Shown: piece by piece, positions 18,190 to 28,356 of the stretch
How the letters are laid out: every line of letters begins with the position of its first letter
How positions within the stretch are numbered: the first letter of the stretch is position 1
NCBI GenBank assembly: GCA_963535445.1
Contig: CAUSWA010000001.1
Coordinates: 10,896 to 74,895, forward strand
DNA length: 64,000 nucleotides
Direction of reading: 5' to 3'
Origin: an uncultured Candidatus Saccharibacteria bacterium
Lineage (GTDB): Bacteria > Patescibacteriota > Saccharimonadia > Saccharimonadales > Saccharimonadaceae
Translations under genes and position numbers: made by a program
Notes under the pieces: model-generated
Told to the model about the DNA's origin: nothing
What the model saw: the letters and a program-made list of their open reading frames with translations, nothing else
The model's database searches: none

Positions 18190-18314
18190 ATCCGTGCTGG
18201 GGGTACGTATGAAGCTAGCTTTTTCATAGCAGATAGGGTATAATATTAAGTGATATAAACCTAAGGTTGCGTGAGATAACGTAACCATCCGTACGGATAC
18301 CAAGGAGGTAATGT

Positions 18315-18668
18315 ATGAGAGAATACGAGCTGACGGTTCTTATTCGGCCTGATTTGGAGGCGAATTTGGACGCGGTGCTTAGCAAGGTCAAGCAGCTGAT
18401 CGCCGATAACGGCGGTTCGGTTAAGGCCGAGGACAATTGGGGCAAAAATCGCCTCGCTTACAACATCAAAGGCGAAGATTTTGCGGTATATGTGTCGATG
18501 GATGTCGAGCTGCCAGCAGACGCACCGCTCAAGATTAACAATGCGCTGAATATTAGCGACGAAGTTATCCGGTATTTATTGGTTAAGATAGATCACAAAG
18601 CGCGTGCTGCTTTGGCAGAGGCCAAGAAGCGCGCGGCTGAGCGCGAGGCTGAAAACAGCGAAGATTAA
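18315..18668 (+). CDS. rpsF: 30S ribosomal protein S6
   Basis: MREYELTVLIRP..WG...LAYNIK..VIRYL. Confidence 0.97.
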   Translation: MREYELTVLIRPDLEANLDAVLSKVKQLIADNGGSVKAEDNWGKNRLAYNIKGEDFAVYVSMDVELPADAPLKINNALNISDEVIRYLLVKIDHKARAALAEAKKRAAEREAENSED

Positions 18669-18693
18669 GCCATAAATAGGAGGGAAATCTATC

Positions 18694-19137
18694 ATGGCAA
18701 AGGGGTTTAACAAAGTAATATTAATGGGAAACTTGACGCGCGACGTTGAACTGCGGACAACGACGAGCGGCCAGAGCGTAGCTAATTTCAGTTTAGCGGT
18801 TAGCCGTAGCTGGCGCAACCAAGACGGCCAGCAGCAGGATCAGACCAGCTTTATCAACTGCGTGGCTTGGGGCAAGCCGGGCGAGATTATCTCGCAATAT
18901 GTCAAAAAAGGCGCGCCGCTTTTGGTGAGCGGCCGGCTCGACCAGCGTAGCTACGAAGATAAAGACGGTAATAAGCGGTCGGCTGTCGAGGTGGTTGTCG
19001 AAGATTTCAACTTTGTTGGCGGTCGTAACGACGGCAATGCGCCGGTAGCAACACCGCCACCAGCAACTAGCGCTAAAGACGTGGTAGTCGAGGATATCGA
19101 CGACAAGCCAATCGACTTAAGCGAGATTCCATTTTAA
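18694..19137 (+). CDS. ssb: Single-stranded DNA-binding protein
   Basis: NKVILMGNLTRDVELR; acidic tail ending IPF. Confidence 0.97.
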   Translation: MAKGFNKVILMGNLTRDVELRTTTSGQSVANFSLAVSRSWRNQDGQQQDQTSFINCVAWGKPGEIISQYVKKGAPLLVSGRLDQRSYEDKDGNKRSAVEVVVEDFNFVGGRNDGNAPVATPPPATSAKDVVVEDIDDKPIDLSEIPF

Positions 19138-19159
19138 CTATTAGAAAGGATTATAAAAT

Positions 19160-19363
19160 ATGGCAAAAAAAATGCGCAAGGATGCTCCAGTAGTGTTTTC
19201 GTACAAAGAGGTGAAGACACTGTTGCGCTATATTAGTCCGGTGAGCGGCCAAATCGAGCCAATTGCCAAGACGGGCTTGAGTGCTAAATTGCAGCGGATG
19301 CTGGCTCGCGAAGTAAAGCGGGCGCGTCATCTGGCGCTGCTACCGTTTGTGACGCGAGATTAG
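19160..19363 (+). CDS. rpsR: 30S ribosomal protein S18
   Basis: YKEVKTLLRYI..TG...QR..VKRARHLALLPF; rpsF-ssb-rpsR order. Confidence 0.95.
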   Translation: MAKKMRKDAPVVFSYKEVKTLLRYISPVSGQIEPIAKTGLSAKLQRMLAREVKRARHLALLPFVTRD

Positions 19364-19434
19364 GGAATTTTCCAGCGTACGAAATGCTTTATCGTGCGCT
19401 GAAGGGTATTTCTAAAGACGCAAAAGGAGATGAA

Positions 19435-19995
19435 ATGTATCAACCAACTGATTTGAAAAAAGGTGTAGTGTGCCAAATTGATGGACAGCCATATCGAGTG
19501 ACTGATTACAACCAGAAAGTGATGGGCCGCGGCGGTTCTATCGTTAATGTCAAATTGAAGAATTTAATTACTGGTGCGGTTATTCCCAAAACGTTTAAAG
19601 GCCAAGATAAGATTGAACCAGCCGAAGTGACTAGCAAAACTGTCCAATATTTATACAATGACGGTTCAGCTTTCTTTTTCATGGATCCGAATAGTTTTGA
19701 GCAGTTTGAGCTGTCGGCTGATTTGGTTGACGAAGCTAAAAACTTCATGAAAGAAGGCGACGAGCTGGCTTTGCAATTCTTTGACGGTAAGGTGATAACC
19801 GTCGAGATGCCAAAAAATGTTTATTTGGAAGTGACCTATACAGAGGCGGTGGTTAAAGGCGACACGACTAGCAGCGTCTTGAAAGATGCGACGCTTGAGA
19901 CGGGTGCGGTTATCAAAGTTCCGGCTTTTATAAAGGTTGGCGATATTATTTCGGTTGATACCTCTACAGGCGAGTATCGCGAACGCAAGAAATAA
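19435..19995 (+). CDS. efp: Elongation factor P
   Basis: AGGAG SD; KVMGRGG loop, KGDT, ATLETG..VP.FI..GD..GEYRER. Confidence 0.95.
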   Translation: MYQPTDLKKGVVCQIDGQPYRVTDYNQKVMGRGGSIVNVKLKNLITGAVIPKTFKGQDKIEPAEVTSKTVQYLYNDGSAFFFMDPNSFEQFELSADLVDEAKNFMKEGDELALQFFDGKVITVEMPKNVYLEVTYTEAVVKGDTTSSVLKDATLETGAVIKVPAFIKVGDIISVDTSTGEYRERKK

Positions 19996-20042
19996 TTTAT
20001 TAAACTAAAATGAATATTTTTGCAGCGTGCTAAAATGTAACT

Positions 20043-21806
20043 ATGACTAACAAGCGAGTGCGTGCCGTTGCAAGTGCCAAACGTCTGCACAAAAAAGTTA
20101 AACAAACATATCATTCGGCAATGCCCGAACAAAAACGCCACCGGATATTAATTTGGGCGGCGTTTTTTGTTGTAGCGGCGATTTTGGCTGTGCAAATATT
20201 GTATCCGCTTGATCGAGCGCTGCCACTAGCACGAATGAACGGTCGTTGGGTTGGCTGGCAGAGAGAGACAGACTCAGCTAACCAAGCGACATTAGTATTC
20301 CAGCGATCGAAAATTAAATTCATTATTGGCGGCAAACCGAGCGGTATTTATACGCTAAGTGAAGCTGGCGCTGATATTAAGGCCGAAGAAATGGCGCATC
20401 AGCTGGCGAACTATCCATTTTGGCTGCGTTTAGTGCCGTTTTCGATATTTTGGCAGCTGCCAAATGTGCAAACGCTAGATCTAGCTTTCACGCTGCCGAC
20501 ATTAGAGGTTTTTGCACAAAAAACTAGTTCGCAACTGTCGCGGCCGCCAATAAACGCTGGCGTGGCGTTTAAAGACGGTCAGCTAACGGCGGTTAATGAT
20601 GTGCCGGGACATTTGGTGAGTGCGCAAGCTATCAAAAACGTGCTGCAAACAACCAAGTATTCATTTGCTGGCATGACGGAGCTTCGAATTGATGCTAAGT
20701 TACAAGAGGCGTCGCGCCGCAGTACGGCGTTCGCTTTTGTCCGTAATCAAGCCGAGCAAGCGTTGGCGCGTCCTTTGACGATTCGCGCTGCCGATCAGAC
20801 GTTTGCAGTTGGCAATGCCGAGAAAGCTTCGTGGCTAGAGTTTGGCGAAACAACAGAGGGTGGTACGACCCTGGTGATTAACAGGCAAAAACTACAAAAC
20901 TCAATTGATAATTGGTCAAAAGCAGCTGGACATCCGGCTGGCCAGACAAATATCAATATCGAGAACGGGCGAGAAGTCTCGCGAACCACTGGTGAGAAAG
21001 GCAGCCAAATCGATGCGGCTTCAATAGTGCAACCAGTCACTGATTATCTGCTGAGGGGTCAAGGTAGTGGCGTGATCTTGGCGGCGATGACTGATTTAGA
21101 GCCGAGCGTAATTTATAATAACCGCTATACTCCTACCGAAGATGGTTTGCGAGCTTATGTGCGCGATAAAGCGCGTCATGGCGCTTGGTTCTCGATTCGC
21201 CAGTTGGGCGGTGGCGGCTGGTCGGCGGATGCCGATGCCGAGGAGAGTGTCGTTAGCGCTAGTACTTATAAACTGTTCGTTGCTAAACGATTGTTTGATG
21301 AGATAAATGCCGGGGGAATTAGCTGGAGCGACCCGATGCTTGATACGACAGTGTCGGGCTGCTTTGATCGGATGACTATTGCCAGTACTAATCCATGCGC
21401 GGTGGCGTGGCTAGATAGATTTGGCCGGCAAAATCTGAACGATTTTGTTTACCGGCTAGGGTTTTCGCGAGCAGTGACTTTCACGCACGCGCAGGCGACT
21501 CATGTGTCGGCGGGTGATCTGACGAAGTTCATGGTCGGATTGGAAACCGGCTCGCTAATTAGCGGTGCTCAGCGCGAGCGGCTGTTGTATTCTTTGTCGC
21601 ACCATCCTTATCGTTATGGTATACCGACGGGTAGCCAAGCACGCGAAGTTTATGATAAGGTTGGCTTTTTGTGGAACTACGTACACGACACGGCGATTGT
21701 CCGGCATCCGCGCGGTACTTACGTAATGACAATCATGACTCAGGGTAAATCATACGCAGCAATTGCGGCGATGACCCGCGACATTGAGCGGATTATGTAT
21801 CCATAG
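20043..21806 (+). CDS. Membrane-anchored serine hydrolase (class A beta-lactamase/PBP-like domain with upstream peptidoglycan-binding-like region)
   Basis: N-terminal TM; SxxK (STYK), SxN (STN), KVG motifs. Confidence 0.8.
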   Translation: MTNKRVRAVASAKRLHKKVKQTYHSAMPEQKRHRILIWAAFFVVAAILAVQILYPLDRALPLARMNGRWVGWQRETDSANQATLVFQRSKIKFIIGGKPSGIYTLSEAGADIKAEEMAHQLANYPFWLRLVPFSIFWQLPNVQTLDLAFTLPTLEVFAQKTSSQLSRPPINAGVAFKDGQLTAVNDVPGHLVSAQAIKNVLQTTKYSFAGMTELRIDAKLQEASRRSTAFAFVRNQAEQALARPLTIRAADQTFAVGNAEKASWLEFGETTEGGTTLVINRQKLQNSIDNWSKAAGHPAGQTNINIENGREVSRTTGEKGSQIDAASIVQPVTDYLLRGQGSGVILAAMTDLEPSVIYNNRYTPTEDGLRAYVRDKARHGAWFSIRQLGGGGWSADADAEESVVSASTYKLFVAKRLFDEINAGGISWSDPMLDTTVSGCFDRMTIASTNPCAVAWLDRFGRQNLNDFVYRLGFSRAVTFTHAQATHVSAGDLTKFMVGLETGSLISGAQRERLLYSLSHHPYRYGIPTGSQAREVYDKVGFLWNYVHDTAIVRHPRGTYVMTIMTQGKSYAAIAAMTRDIERIMYP

Positions 21807-21818
21807 TAGAATTGAGGA

Positions 21819-22544
21819 ATGAAGCAACGGTTAGATAAATTGATACTGGCGCGCGGATTGGTAGGTTCGCGTTCGGAAGCCGAGAATTGGATTCGTTTGG
21901 GACGTGTGCGTGTTGGCGGACAGACGGCAGCCAAGCCGGGATTATTCGTTGATGAATTGGCGCCGATTGAATTAGCAGCGTCAGAGCGTTATGTGTCGCG
22001 GGCCGGATTAAAATTGGCGGGCGCGGCGAAAGCTTTTAATTTGAATTTTCGTGATAAGATGGTTTTGGATGTCGGCAGCAGCACGGGCGGCTTTACTGAT
22101 TTTGCGCTGCAGCACGGCGCGAAGAAAGTATACGCCGTGGACGTCGGTACTGATCAGCTGCATCCGAGCTTACGCGGCAATAAACGAATTGAGCTGTATG
22201 AAAAAACTGACATTCGTGATTTTGTGCCAAGTGAAATTCCGGATATAGTGGTGATTGACGTATCGTTTATTAGCTTACGGCAGATTTTGCCGCACGTTGC
22301 AAAAATCGTTGATAAAAACACAACAATAGCAGCAATGGTCAAACCGCAATTTGAGGCGCAACGCCAACAGCTGACTCGCGGCGGTGTCGTTAAGAATGAC
22401 GGCGTGCGGCGGGCAATCTTGCGCGAATTCGAGCAGTGGGCGCGTGCTAATTTTATAATTATTGATAAAGCAGACAGCGAAGTGAAAGGCGCGCACGGCA
22501 ACTTGGAGCGGTTTTATATATTGAGAAAAGCTGGAAGTTGTTAG
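21819..22544 (+). CDS. tlyA: TlyA family rRNA methyltransferase
   Basis: RLDK S4 domain, YVSRAGLKL, LDVGSSTGGFT, DVSFIS, VKPQFE. Confidence 0.93.
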   Translation: MKQRLDKLILARGLVGSRSEAENWIRLGRVRVGGQTAAKPGLFVDELAPIELAASERYVSRAGLKLAGAAKAFNLNFRDKMVLDVGSSTGGFTDFALQHGAKKVYAVDVGTDQLHPSLRGNKRIELYEKTDIRDFVPSEIPDIVVIDVSFISLRQILPHVAKIVDKNTTIAAMVKPQFEAQRQQLTRGGVVKNDGVRRAILREFEQWARANFIIIDKADSEVKGAHGNLERFYILRKAGSC

Positions 22545-22620
22545 CGGCTTATGCGGCTGGCCGGTAATTCGCTGGCAAATTGGCCTGAGCTATATCAAAT
22601 TTAAGCGATTAAATGCTAAA

Positions 22621-23703
22621 TTATTTGCTAACGTTAAATCTAAATTCAACCACATCATCTGGCTGCATGACATAAGTTTTGCCCTCGGTGCGGATTTTGC
22701 CAGCGGCGCGGGCGTTAGCCTCCGAGCCGGCAGCGACTAAATCGTCGTAATTAACAACTTGGGCGGCGATAAAGCCCTTTTCGAAATCAGTGTGAATGAC
22801 GCCGGCAGCTTGCGGTGCTGTCCAGCCCTGGTGGATTGTCCAGGCGCGGACTTCTTTCGGTCCGGCGGTTAAGTAGCTTTGTAATCCGAGCAAATCGTAG
22901 GCGGCGCGAATCATTTGCGTTAGTCCGGCTTCTGGCACGTCGTAACTTTGTAAGAGTTCGAGCGTATCGCTGGGGTTAAGGCCTTTAATTTCGTCCTCAA
23001 GCTTGGCGCAGATAAATAGGCTGCGAGCGTGCGGCACGAGATTGCGCAGGCTCTGCTTCTTGTCTTCGCTAGCCAGGGTTTCTTCATTGACGTTGAACAC
23101 ATAAATTACTGGCTTGGCAGTCAAAAGGTGTAAATCAGCGATATCGTCAGGATCAACGCCGGAAATTTCGTTAATTGGCGTGCCAGCGCGCAGTTTTTCA
23201 GCAATCACTTCTAAACGATTTTTGATAGCGCTAGCTTTGGGGTTGGCTTTGGCCTCTTTGGCGAGGCGAGTCAGGCGAGTTTCTAGCGTTTGCAAATCAG
23301 CCAGAATTAGTTCGGTATTGATAGTGTCGATATCGCGTTTTGGATCGATAATATTCTCGACATGAACGATATCGTCGCTTTCAAAAGCACGGACGATATG
23401 GACAATGGCATCGCATTGGCGGATGTTAGCTAGGAATTTATTGCCTAAGCCTTCGCCTTTGGAAGCTCCGGCGACCAGCCCAGCAATATCGACAAAAGTC
23501 ACGGTAGCCGGGGTAATTTTCTCGGCGTGGTACATTTTGGCGAGGACGTTTAGACGCTCATCGGGTACCGGCACGATACCGGTGTTTGGCTCGATAGTGG
23601 CAAAAGGATAATTGGCCGCCAAAATATTATTATTAGTTAAAGCATTAAAAAGCGTGGATTTGCCGACATTCGGCAAACCGACAATTCCGATAGATAAACT
23701 CAT
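22621..23703 (-). CDS. ychF: Ribosome-binding ATPase YchF
   Basis: GIVGLPNVGKSTLFNALT, ANYPFATIEPN, GEGLGNKFL, TGS domain. Confidence 0.97.
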   Translation of the reverse strand: MSLSIGIVGLPNVGKSTLFNALTNNNILAANYPFATIEPNTGIVPVPDERLNVLAKMYHAEKITPATVTFVDIAGLVAGASKGEGLGNKFLANIRQCDAIVHIVRAFESDDIVHVENIIDPKRDIDTINTELILADLQTLETRLTRLAKEAKANPKASAIKNRLEVIAEKLRAGTPINEISGVDPDDIADLHLLTAKPVIYVFNVNEETLASEDKKQSLRNLVPHARSLFICAKLEDEIKGLNPSDTLELLQSYDVPEAGLTQMIRAAYDLLGLQSYLTAGPKEVRAWTIHQGWTAPQAAGVIHTDFEKGFIAAQVVNYDDLVAAGSEANARAAGKIRTEGKTYVMQPDDVVEFRFNVSK

Positions 23704-23797
23704 AATCCTACATTATAGCATTTAAAGGGTATTGTCTGAAAAGTAATTATCTAAAAAGCTTGCGTTTTTTACTTTGCTTATGCATAATATAAGGTAT

Positions 23798-24850
23798 ATG
23801 AAAATTCAAAAAGGGATGGGCGATTTCTTTGCACTCGACATCGGTACCAACGCGGTGCGAGTATTGCAGCTAGCTGCTTCTGGCCAGGGCAGTTGGAATC
23901 TGGTTGCATACGGATATGTGCCTGTCGATCACAAAATTACCGCGAGCGACTCGCCAGAAGCACGGCGCCGGCTCGGCGAGGCCACGATGACGGCAGTAGG
24001 CCAGTCTGGTATTCGTACTAAAAATGTAGCGATTGGCTTGCCGTCGAGTAAGACTTTCACTACGGTTATTGATGTACCAGCGATGAGCGAAGCGGAACTG
24101 CGAGCGACTATGAAATACCAAGTTGATCAGTATATTCCGATGAGCAGTGACGAGGCGAAAGTTGACTGGGCATTGCTAGGCGGTTCGCTAAAGTCGCAAA
24201 ACCAAAACGAAGTGTTAATCACTAGCGTGTCCAAGCAATATAGCGAAGAACGTCTGGAATTAATTGAATCGCTTGGTCTGAATGTGATAGCTGAAGAGCC
24301 AGATCCGTTAGCGATGGTGCGAGCGTTAGTACCAGCGACTGCTAGTAATTCAGCTTATATGCTGGTCGATATGGGCGAGTTATCGACAGATATCGCTTTG
24401 ACTTATGGCGATACGCCGCGGTTAATCAGGACGATTCCGACTGGGCTGAACTCGCTAGTTAAGGCTGTAGCTCAGAACTTGAGCGTCCAAGAGGATCAGG
24501 CTCGCCAGTTTATCCTGAAATTTGGTCTAGATCAAAGTCGCCTCGAAGGGCAAGTCTTCCGTGCTGTCGAGATGACGCTTGATAATTTTGCTTCTGAATT
24601 GTCAAAATCGATTAAATTCTTCCAGAATAGGTATGAAGATGTGGCCGTTTCTCAAGCTTTGTTATCTGGATACGGCGCGACTGTGCCGCAAATTGATTCG
24701 TATTTGGCGGGCAAGATTAATATATCAGCGGTTGCAACTAGCCCTTGGCAAAATATAAATGTCTCGCAGAGTATGCAACAGCAACTAGCGCCGATTGCTA
24801 ACGAGTTTGCTACGGCGGTTGGCCTAGCGAAACGGAGAAACTTGTCATGA
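23798..24850 (+). CDS. pilM: Type IV pilus assembly protein PilM
   Basis: ALDIG actin-like motif, LVDMG, LSGYGA, AVGLA.R C-terminus. Confidence 0.92.
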   Translation: MKIQKGMGDFFALDIGTNAVRVLQLAASGQGSWNLVAYGYVPVDHKITASDSPEARRRLGEATMTAVGQSGIRTKNVAIGLPSSKTFTTVIDVPAMSEAELRATMKYQVDQYIPMSSDEAKVDWALLGGSLKSQNQNEVLITSVSKQYSEERLELIESLGLNVIAEEPDPLAMVRALVPATASNSAYMLVDMGELSTDIALTYGDTPRLIRTIPTGLNSLVKAVAQNLSVQEDQARQFILKFGLDQSRLEGQVFRAVEMTLDNFASELSKSIKFFQNRYEDVAVSQALLSGYGATVPQIDSYLAGKINISAVATSPWQNINVSQSMQQQLAPIANEFATAVGLAKRRNLS

Positions 24851-25572
24851 TTGAAGTAAACCTAATACCAGACGTTAAGCGGGAATATTTGCACGCTCAG
24901 CGGGTTCGTAACACGGTAATATCGGTATCAATGTTAGTGGCTGCAGCTGCGGCAGGTACTGTGATTGTGCTGGGGCTTGCTTTGGGTTCGCTGCAGTTTG
25001 CTAGCGGCCAGGCTGATAATGCTATTAAAAGCAAATATAAAGAACTTAGCGATAAACCAGATATTAATGATCTTTTGACTATTCAGAATCAGCTAACTCA
25101 GATTGATATGATCAGCAGTAATCGAGGCGTTAATTCACGCATCTTTGATACCTTGAGCGCGGTTAACCCGCAGGCGCCAAATAACGTGACTATGTCAACG
25201 GTACGTTATAATGCGTCAGAAAAAACGATTACCATAGAAGGCTCAACCGCTGGCGGTTTTAATGCGGTAGACGCGCTTAAAAAAACCATTCTTAATACTA
25301 AATTGAAATACACGAAAGATTCGGAATCTGCAGAAACGCCGCTATCTAGCTCTGTGAGAATTACCAACACGGCGTATGCCGAAGATTCTGGCGGAGAGAA
25401 GAAACTGACGTTTACTCTGACATTTTCTTATCCCGAAGAATTGTTGTCGAACAGCGTTAAAAGCTTAGTAATCGTTTCGCCGACTGGTTCGGTAGACGTG
25501 ACTGATTCAAAAAAGCACGTGCCAGATTCGCTGTTTGAGGCAAAGACTTCAAACAAAAAGGAGGATAAATAA
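24847..25572 (+). CDS. pilN: PilN-like protein
   Basis: EVNLIP motif then TM; follows pilM. Confidence 0.75.
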   Translation: MIEVNLIPDVKREYLHAQRVRNTVISVSMLVAAAAAGTVIVLGLALGSLQFASGQADNAIKSKYKELSDKPDINDLLTIQNQLTQIDMISSNRGVNSRIFDTLSAVNPQAPNNVTMSTVRYNASEKTITIEGSTAGGFNAVDALKKTILNTKLKYTKDSESAETPLSSSVRITNTAYAEDSGGEKKLTFTLTFSYPEELLSNSVKSLVIVSPTGSVDVTDSKKHVPDSLFEAKTSNKKEDK

Positions 25573-26279
25573 TGGCGGAAGCAAAGAAAGATACCTCGCT
25601 AAATAAGCGCCGGCAAATTGATCGTAGCGGCCGCGTAATGTTCGGCTGGGTGGCAGGCGCGTCAGTTTTGGTTGGCTTTGCGCTGGTTATTGGCGGTTTT
25701 CTAGTACAGCGTATAGTTTTTGAGACGAAAGTTCTAGCCGAAAAGAATCAAACAACATCGACGCTTGATAGTAATATTAAGACGTATGACGGTTTGCGCG
25801 ACAATATCCGCGTGTTAAACACCAATTCGGCGCTCGGCTCTGCAAAACTTAACGACAAGGAAGACCCGCTGCGTGTTATCTTGGATGCTTTGCCAGCTGA
25901 CGACAACTCGCTAGCACTTGGCGCCTCTGTACAGAATTTAGTTGGTCGAGTGCCTGGCGCTAAGCTTGAGTCTTTCCAAACAGTTTCTTCGAACGAAAAT
26001 TCCTCTGACAGTAACAAAAATAACAGCTCGTCGAGCGACAACAATGCCGATAATTCTAGAAGTGTTCAACAGATAGCCTTTACGATGGAATTATCAGCCA
26101 GCAATGCAGATATACTGCGCAATGTTTTGCGTAATTTCGAGAAGTCAATTCGCGTGATTGATATTGACGAATCGACGATTGAAGCGTCAGATTCTAAGTT
26201 TACGATGTCAATTTCTGGACATGCTTATTACTTGCCAGGCAAAACAGTTCAACTTAACAAGAAGGGGATAAAGCCGTGA
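25572..26279 (+). CDS. pilO: PilO-like protein
   Basis: TM, coiled coil, ALP, FEKSIRVIDI, terminal YY; follows pilN. Confidence 0.65.
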   Translation: MAEAKKDTSLNKRRQIDRSGRVMFGWVAGASVLVGFALVIGGFLVQRIVFETKVLAEKNQTTSTLDSNIKTYDGLRDNIRVLNTNSALGSAKLNDKEDPLRVILDALPADDNSLALGASVQNLVGRVPGAKLESFQTVSSNENSSDSNKNNSSSSDNNADNSRSVQQIAFTMELSASNADILRNVLRNFEKSIRVIDIDESTIEASDSKFTMSISGHAYYLPGKTVQLNKKGIKP

Positions 26280-26569
26280 AGAAGAGCGATATAGCGATGA
26301 TTGTACTGATTGCCGGTTTGTCTATGCTAATAGCATTTACTATTGGTAACAATATTCCTGCGCTTAAGGCGCCGCGGGTTGGTACTAGTGTTAGTACTAT
26401 CGAGAAAATGAGCAGTGATGTCAAAGAGCCAAGCTCGGAAGTTTTTAATTCTAATGCCATAAATCCGACAGTAGAAACAATAATTGGTTCATCTAGCTCG
26501 CTTAATTCACCTGATGCCGCAGCCAACCAGAACCAAAACCGGGATCGTAGTCAGAATCAAAATAGGTAG
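26276..26569 (+). CDS. Small membrane-anchored pilus-associated protein (PilP position)
   Basis: N-terminal TM, FNSNAINPT; lies between pilO and pilB. Confidence 0.6.
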   Translation: MKKSDIAMIVLIAGLSMLIAFTIGNNIPALKAPRVGTSVSTIEKMSSDVKEPSSEVFNSNAINPTVETIIGSSSSLNSPDAAANQNQNRDRSQNQNR

Positions 26570-26580
26570 GAGTCTTTCTA

Positions 26581-28344
26581 GTGGCGTTGATGACCGATGA
26601 CATTCAGGAGAAGCTAATCAAGCTCTTGGTTGACGAGGGTTTGGTTTCTCGTGAGGTTATTGATAGAGCCACTAAGCAGTCGGCTAAAACGAACAAGCCG
26701 TTGTTGACGGTTTTGGAAGATATCGGCGAGATAGACGACGAGCTGTTGACTCATGCCATTGCTCATGTTTCGGGCGTGCCGTATGTTAATTTGACGGCTA
26801 GTATTATTGACCAGAGTATCCTATCGTTGCTACCTAGCGATATTGCTGAGCGCTTCATGGCAGTGCCATTAGCTGAAGTAAATAACCGTTTGGCAGTAGC
26901 GATGATTGACGCTAATAACGTCCAGGCGGTAGATTATTTAGCTAACCGTATTCAGCGGCCGCTCAAGGTCTTTATGGCATCGGAAGCGGGTGTCCGTCAT
27001 GTTCTCGACCAGTATAAAACCGACTTGTCGACCGTTGACGAAGCGGCGCAGGCTACTCAGGCCGAGGCTATTCAATCGTCAAGCGATATCAAAACTATCG
27101 TCCAAGATTCGCCGATTAGCCGGGCATTGAGTACTATCCTAGAGTATGCAGTCAAGAGTCGCGCTAGCGATGTGCATATTGAACCGCTCGAAAAATCGCT
27201 GAAAATACGCTGCCGCGTCGATGGCGTACTGCGCGAAGTTATGCAGCTGCCGAAGAGTATTGAGCCGGCGCTAGTTAGCCGCATCAAAATCTTATCCAAT
27301 TTGAAAATTGACGAACATCGCATTCCGCAGGACGGTCAATTTGCAGTTAATGTTGCTGGAAAAGAAGTCGATTTGCGTATCGCTGTCAGTCCGGTTGTTT
27401 GGGGTGAACAGGTGGTGATTCGCTTGCTTGACAAAACTGGCAACACATTCGATCTAGAACAAATGGGTTATGTTGGTAGAGCACTACGAATGATTCGTAA
27501 AGGCATCAAGCGCCCTAACGGTATGATTCTGACAAGCGGCCCGACTGGTAGCGGTAAATCAACCAGCCTATACGCGCTGATTAAAGAAATCAAAACTGAC
27601 GCGATTAACATTGTGACGCTTGAGGATCCAGTTGAGTATAAGATGGACGGCGTTAACCAGATTCAGGTTAATAACGACGTTGGTTTGACGTTTGCTAATG
27701 GCCTGCGCAGTATCTTGCGCCAAGATCCAGATGTAGTGATGGTTGGCGAGATGCGCGATAGCGAGACAGCTAACCTTGGCGTGCAAGCAGCACTGACGGG
27801 ACATCTGGTGTTCTCGACACTGCATACCAATTCGGCGGCCGGAGTATTGCCGCGCTTACTTGATATGGATGTCGAGCCGTTCCTGATTGCTAGTACGGTC
27901 AACACGGTAATTGGCCAGCGGCTAGTCCGCCGCGTGTCGCCGCATCGCGATGCTTACTGGTCGAACCCGCTTGAGACGCAGATGATTCTCGAGACGGTGG
28001 GGCATTTATTGCCCAAGACCAAAGAGGACGTAGCGCGTGTGTCCGAGGATTTGGGCTACAAGGACTTGCCATTAGCCAATCAACGAGCCTACGTGCTGGT
28101 CAAAGGTCGCGATACGCCAGCTACGCCGCATGGCTATAGTGGTCGAGCTGGGCTGTACGAGGTAATGGATGTAAATGAAGGTATCCAAGACTTAATTGTT
28201 CGCCGGGCCACTAGCAACGAGATTCAGCGCAAAGCAGTCGAGGATGGTATGATTACAATGCGCCAAGACGGCTACTTGAAAGCCTTGCAAGGAATCACTA
28301 CACTAGAAGAAGTAAACCGCGTAACGTCGGCAGACACAGCATAA
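26581..28344 (+). CDS. pilB: Type IV pilus assembly ATPase PilB (GspE family)
   Basis: ASDVHIEP, PQDG, GPTGSGKS, TLEDPVEY, LRQDPDVVMVGEMRD, TGHLVFSTLHTN. Confidence 0.95.
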   Translation: MALMTDDIQEKLIKLLVDEGLVSREVIDRATKQSAKTNKPLLTVLEDIGEIDDELLTHAIAHVSGVPYVNLTASIIDQSILSLLPSDIAERFMAVPLAEVNNRLAVAMIDANNVQAVDYLANRIQRPLKVFMASEAGVRHVLDQYKTDLSTVDEAAQATQAEAIQSSSDIKTIVQDSPISRALSTILEYAVKSRASDVHIEPLEKSLKIRCRVDGVLREVMQLPKSIEPALVSRIKILSNLKIDEHRIPQDGQFAVNVAGKEVDLRIAVSPVVWGEQVVIRLLDKTGNTFDLEQMGYVGRALRMIRKGIKRPNGMILTSGPTGSGKSTSLYALIKEIKTDAINIVTLEDPVEYKMDGVNQIQVNNDVGLTFANGLRSILRQDPDVVMVGEMRDSETANLGVQAALTGHLVFSTLHTNSAAGVLPRLLDMDVEPFLIASTVNTVIGQRLVRRVSPHRDAYWSNPLETQMILETVGHLLPKTKEDVARVSEDLGYKDLPLANQRAYVLVKGRDTPATPHGYSGRAGLYEVMDVNEGIQDLIVRRATSNEIQRKAVEDGMITMRQDGYLKALQGITTLEEVNRVTSADTA

Positions 28345-28356
28345 AAGGAGGGGACA

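Noticed and set aside
20043..21806. Acquired beta-lactam resistance gene
   Set aside because: It is a large membrane-anchored multidomain protein in core context; a cell-wall enzyme is more likely.
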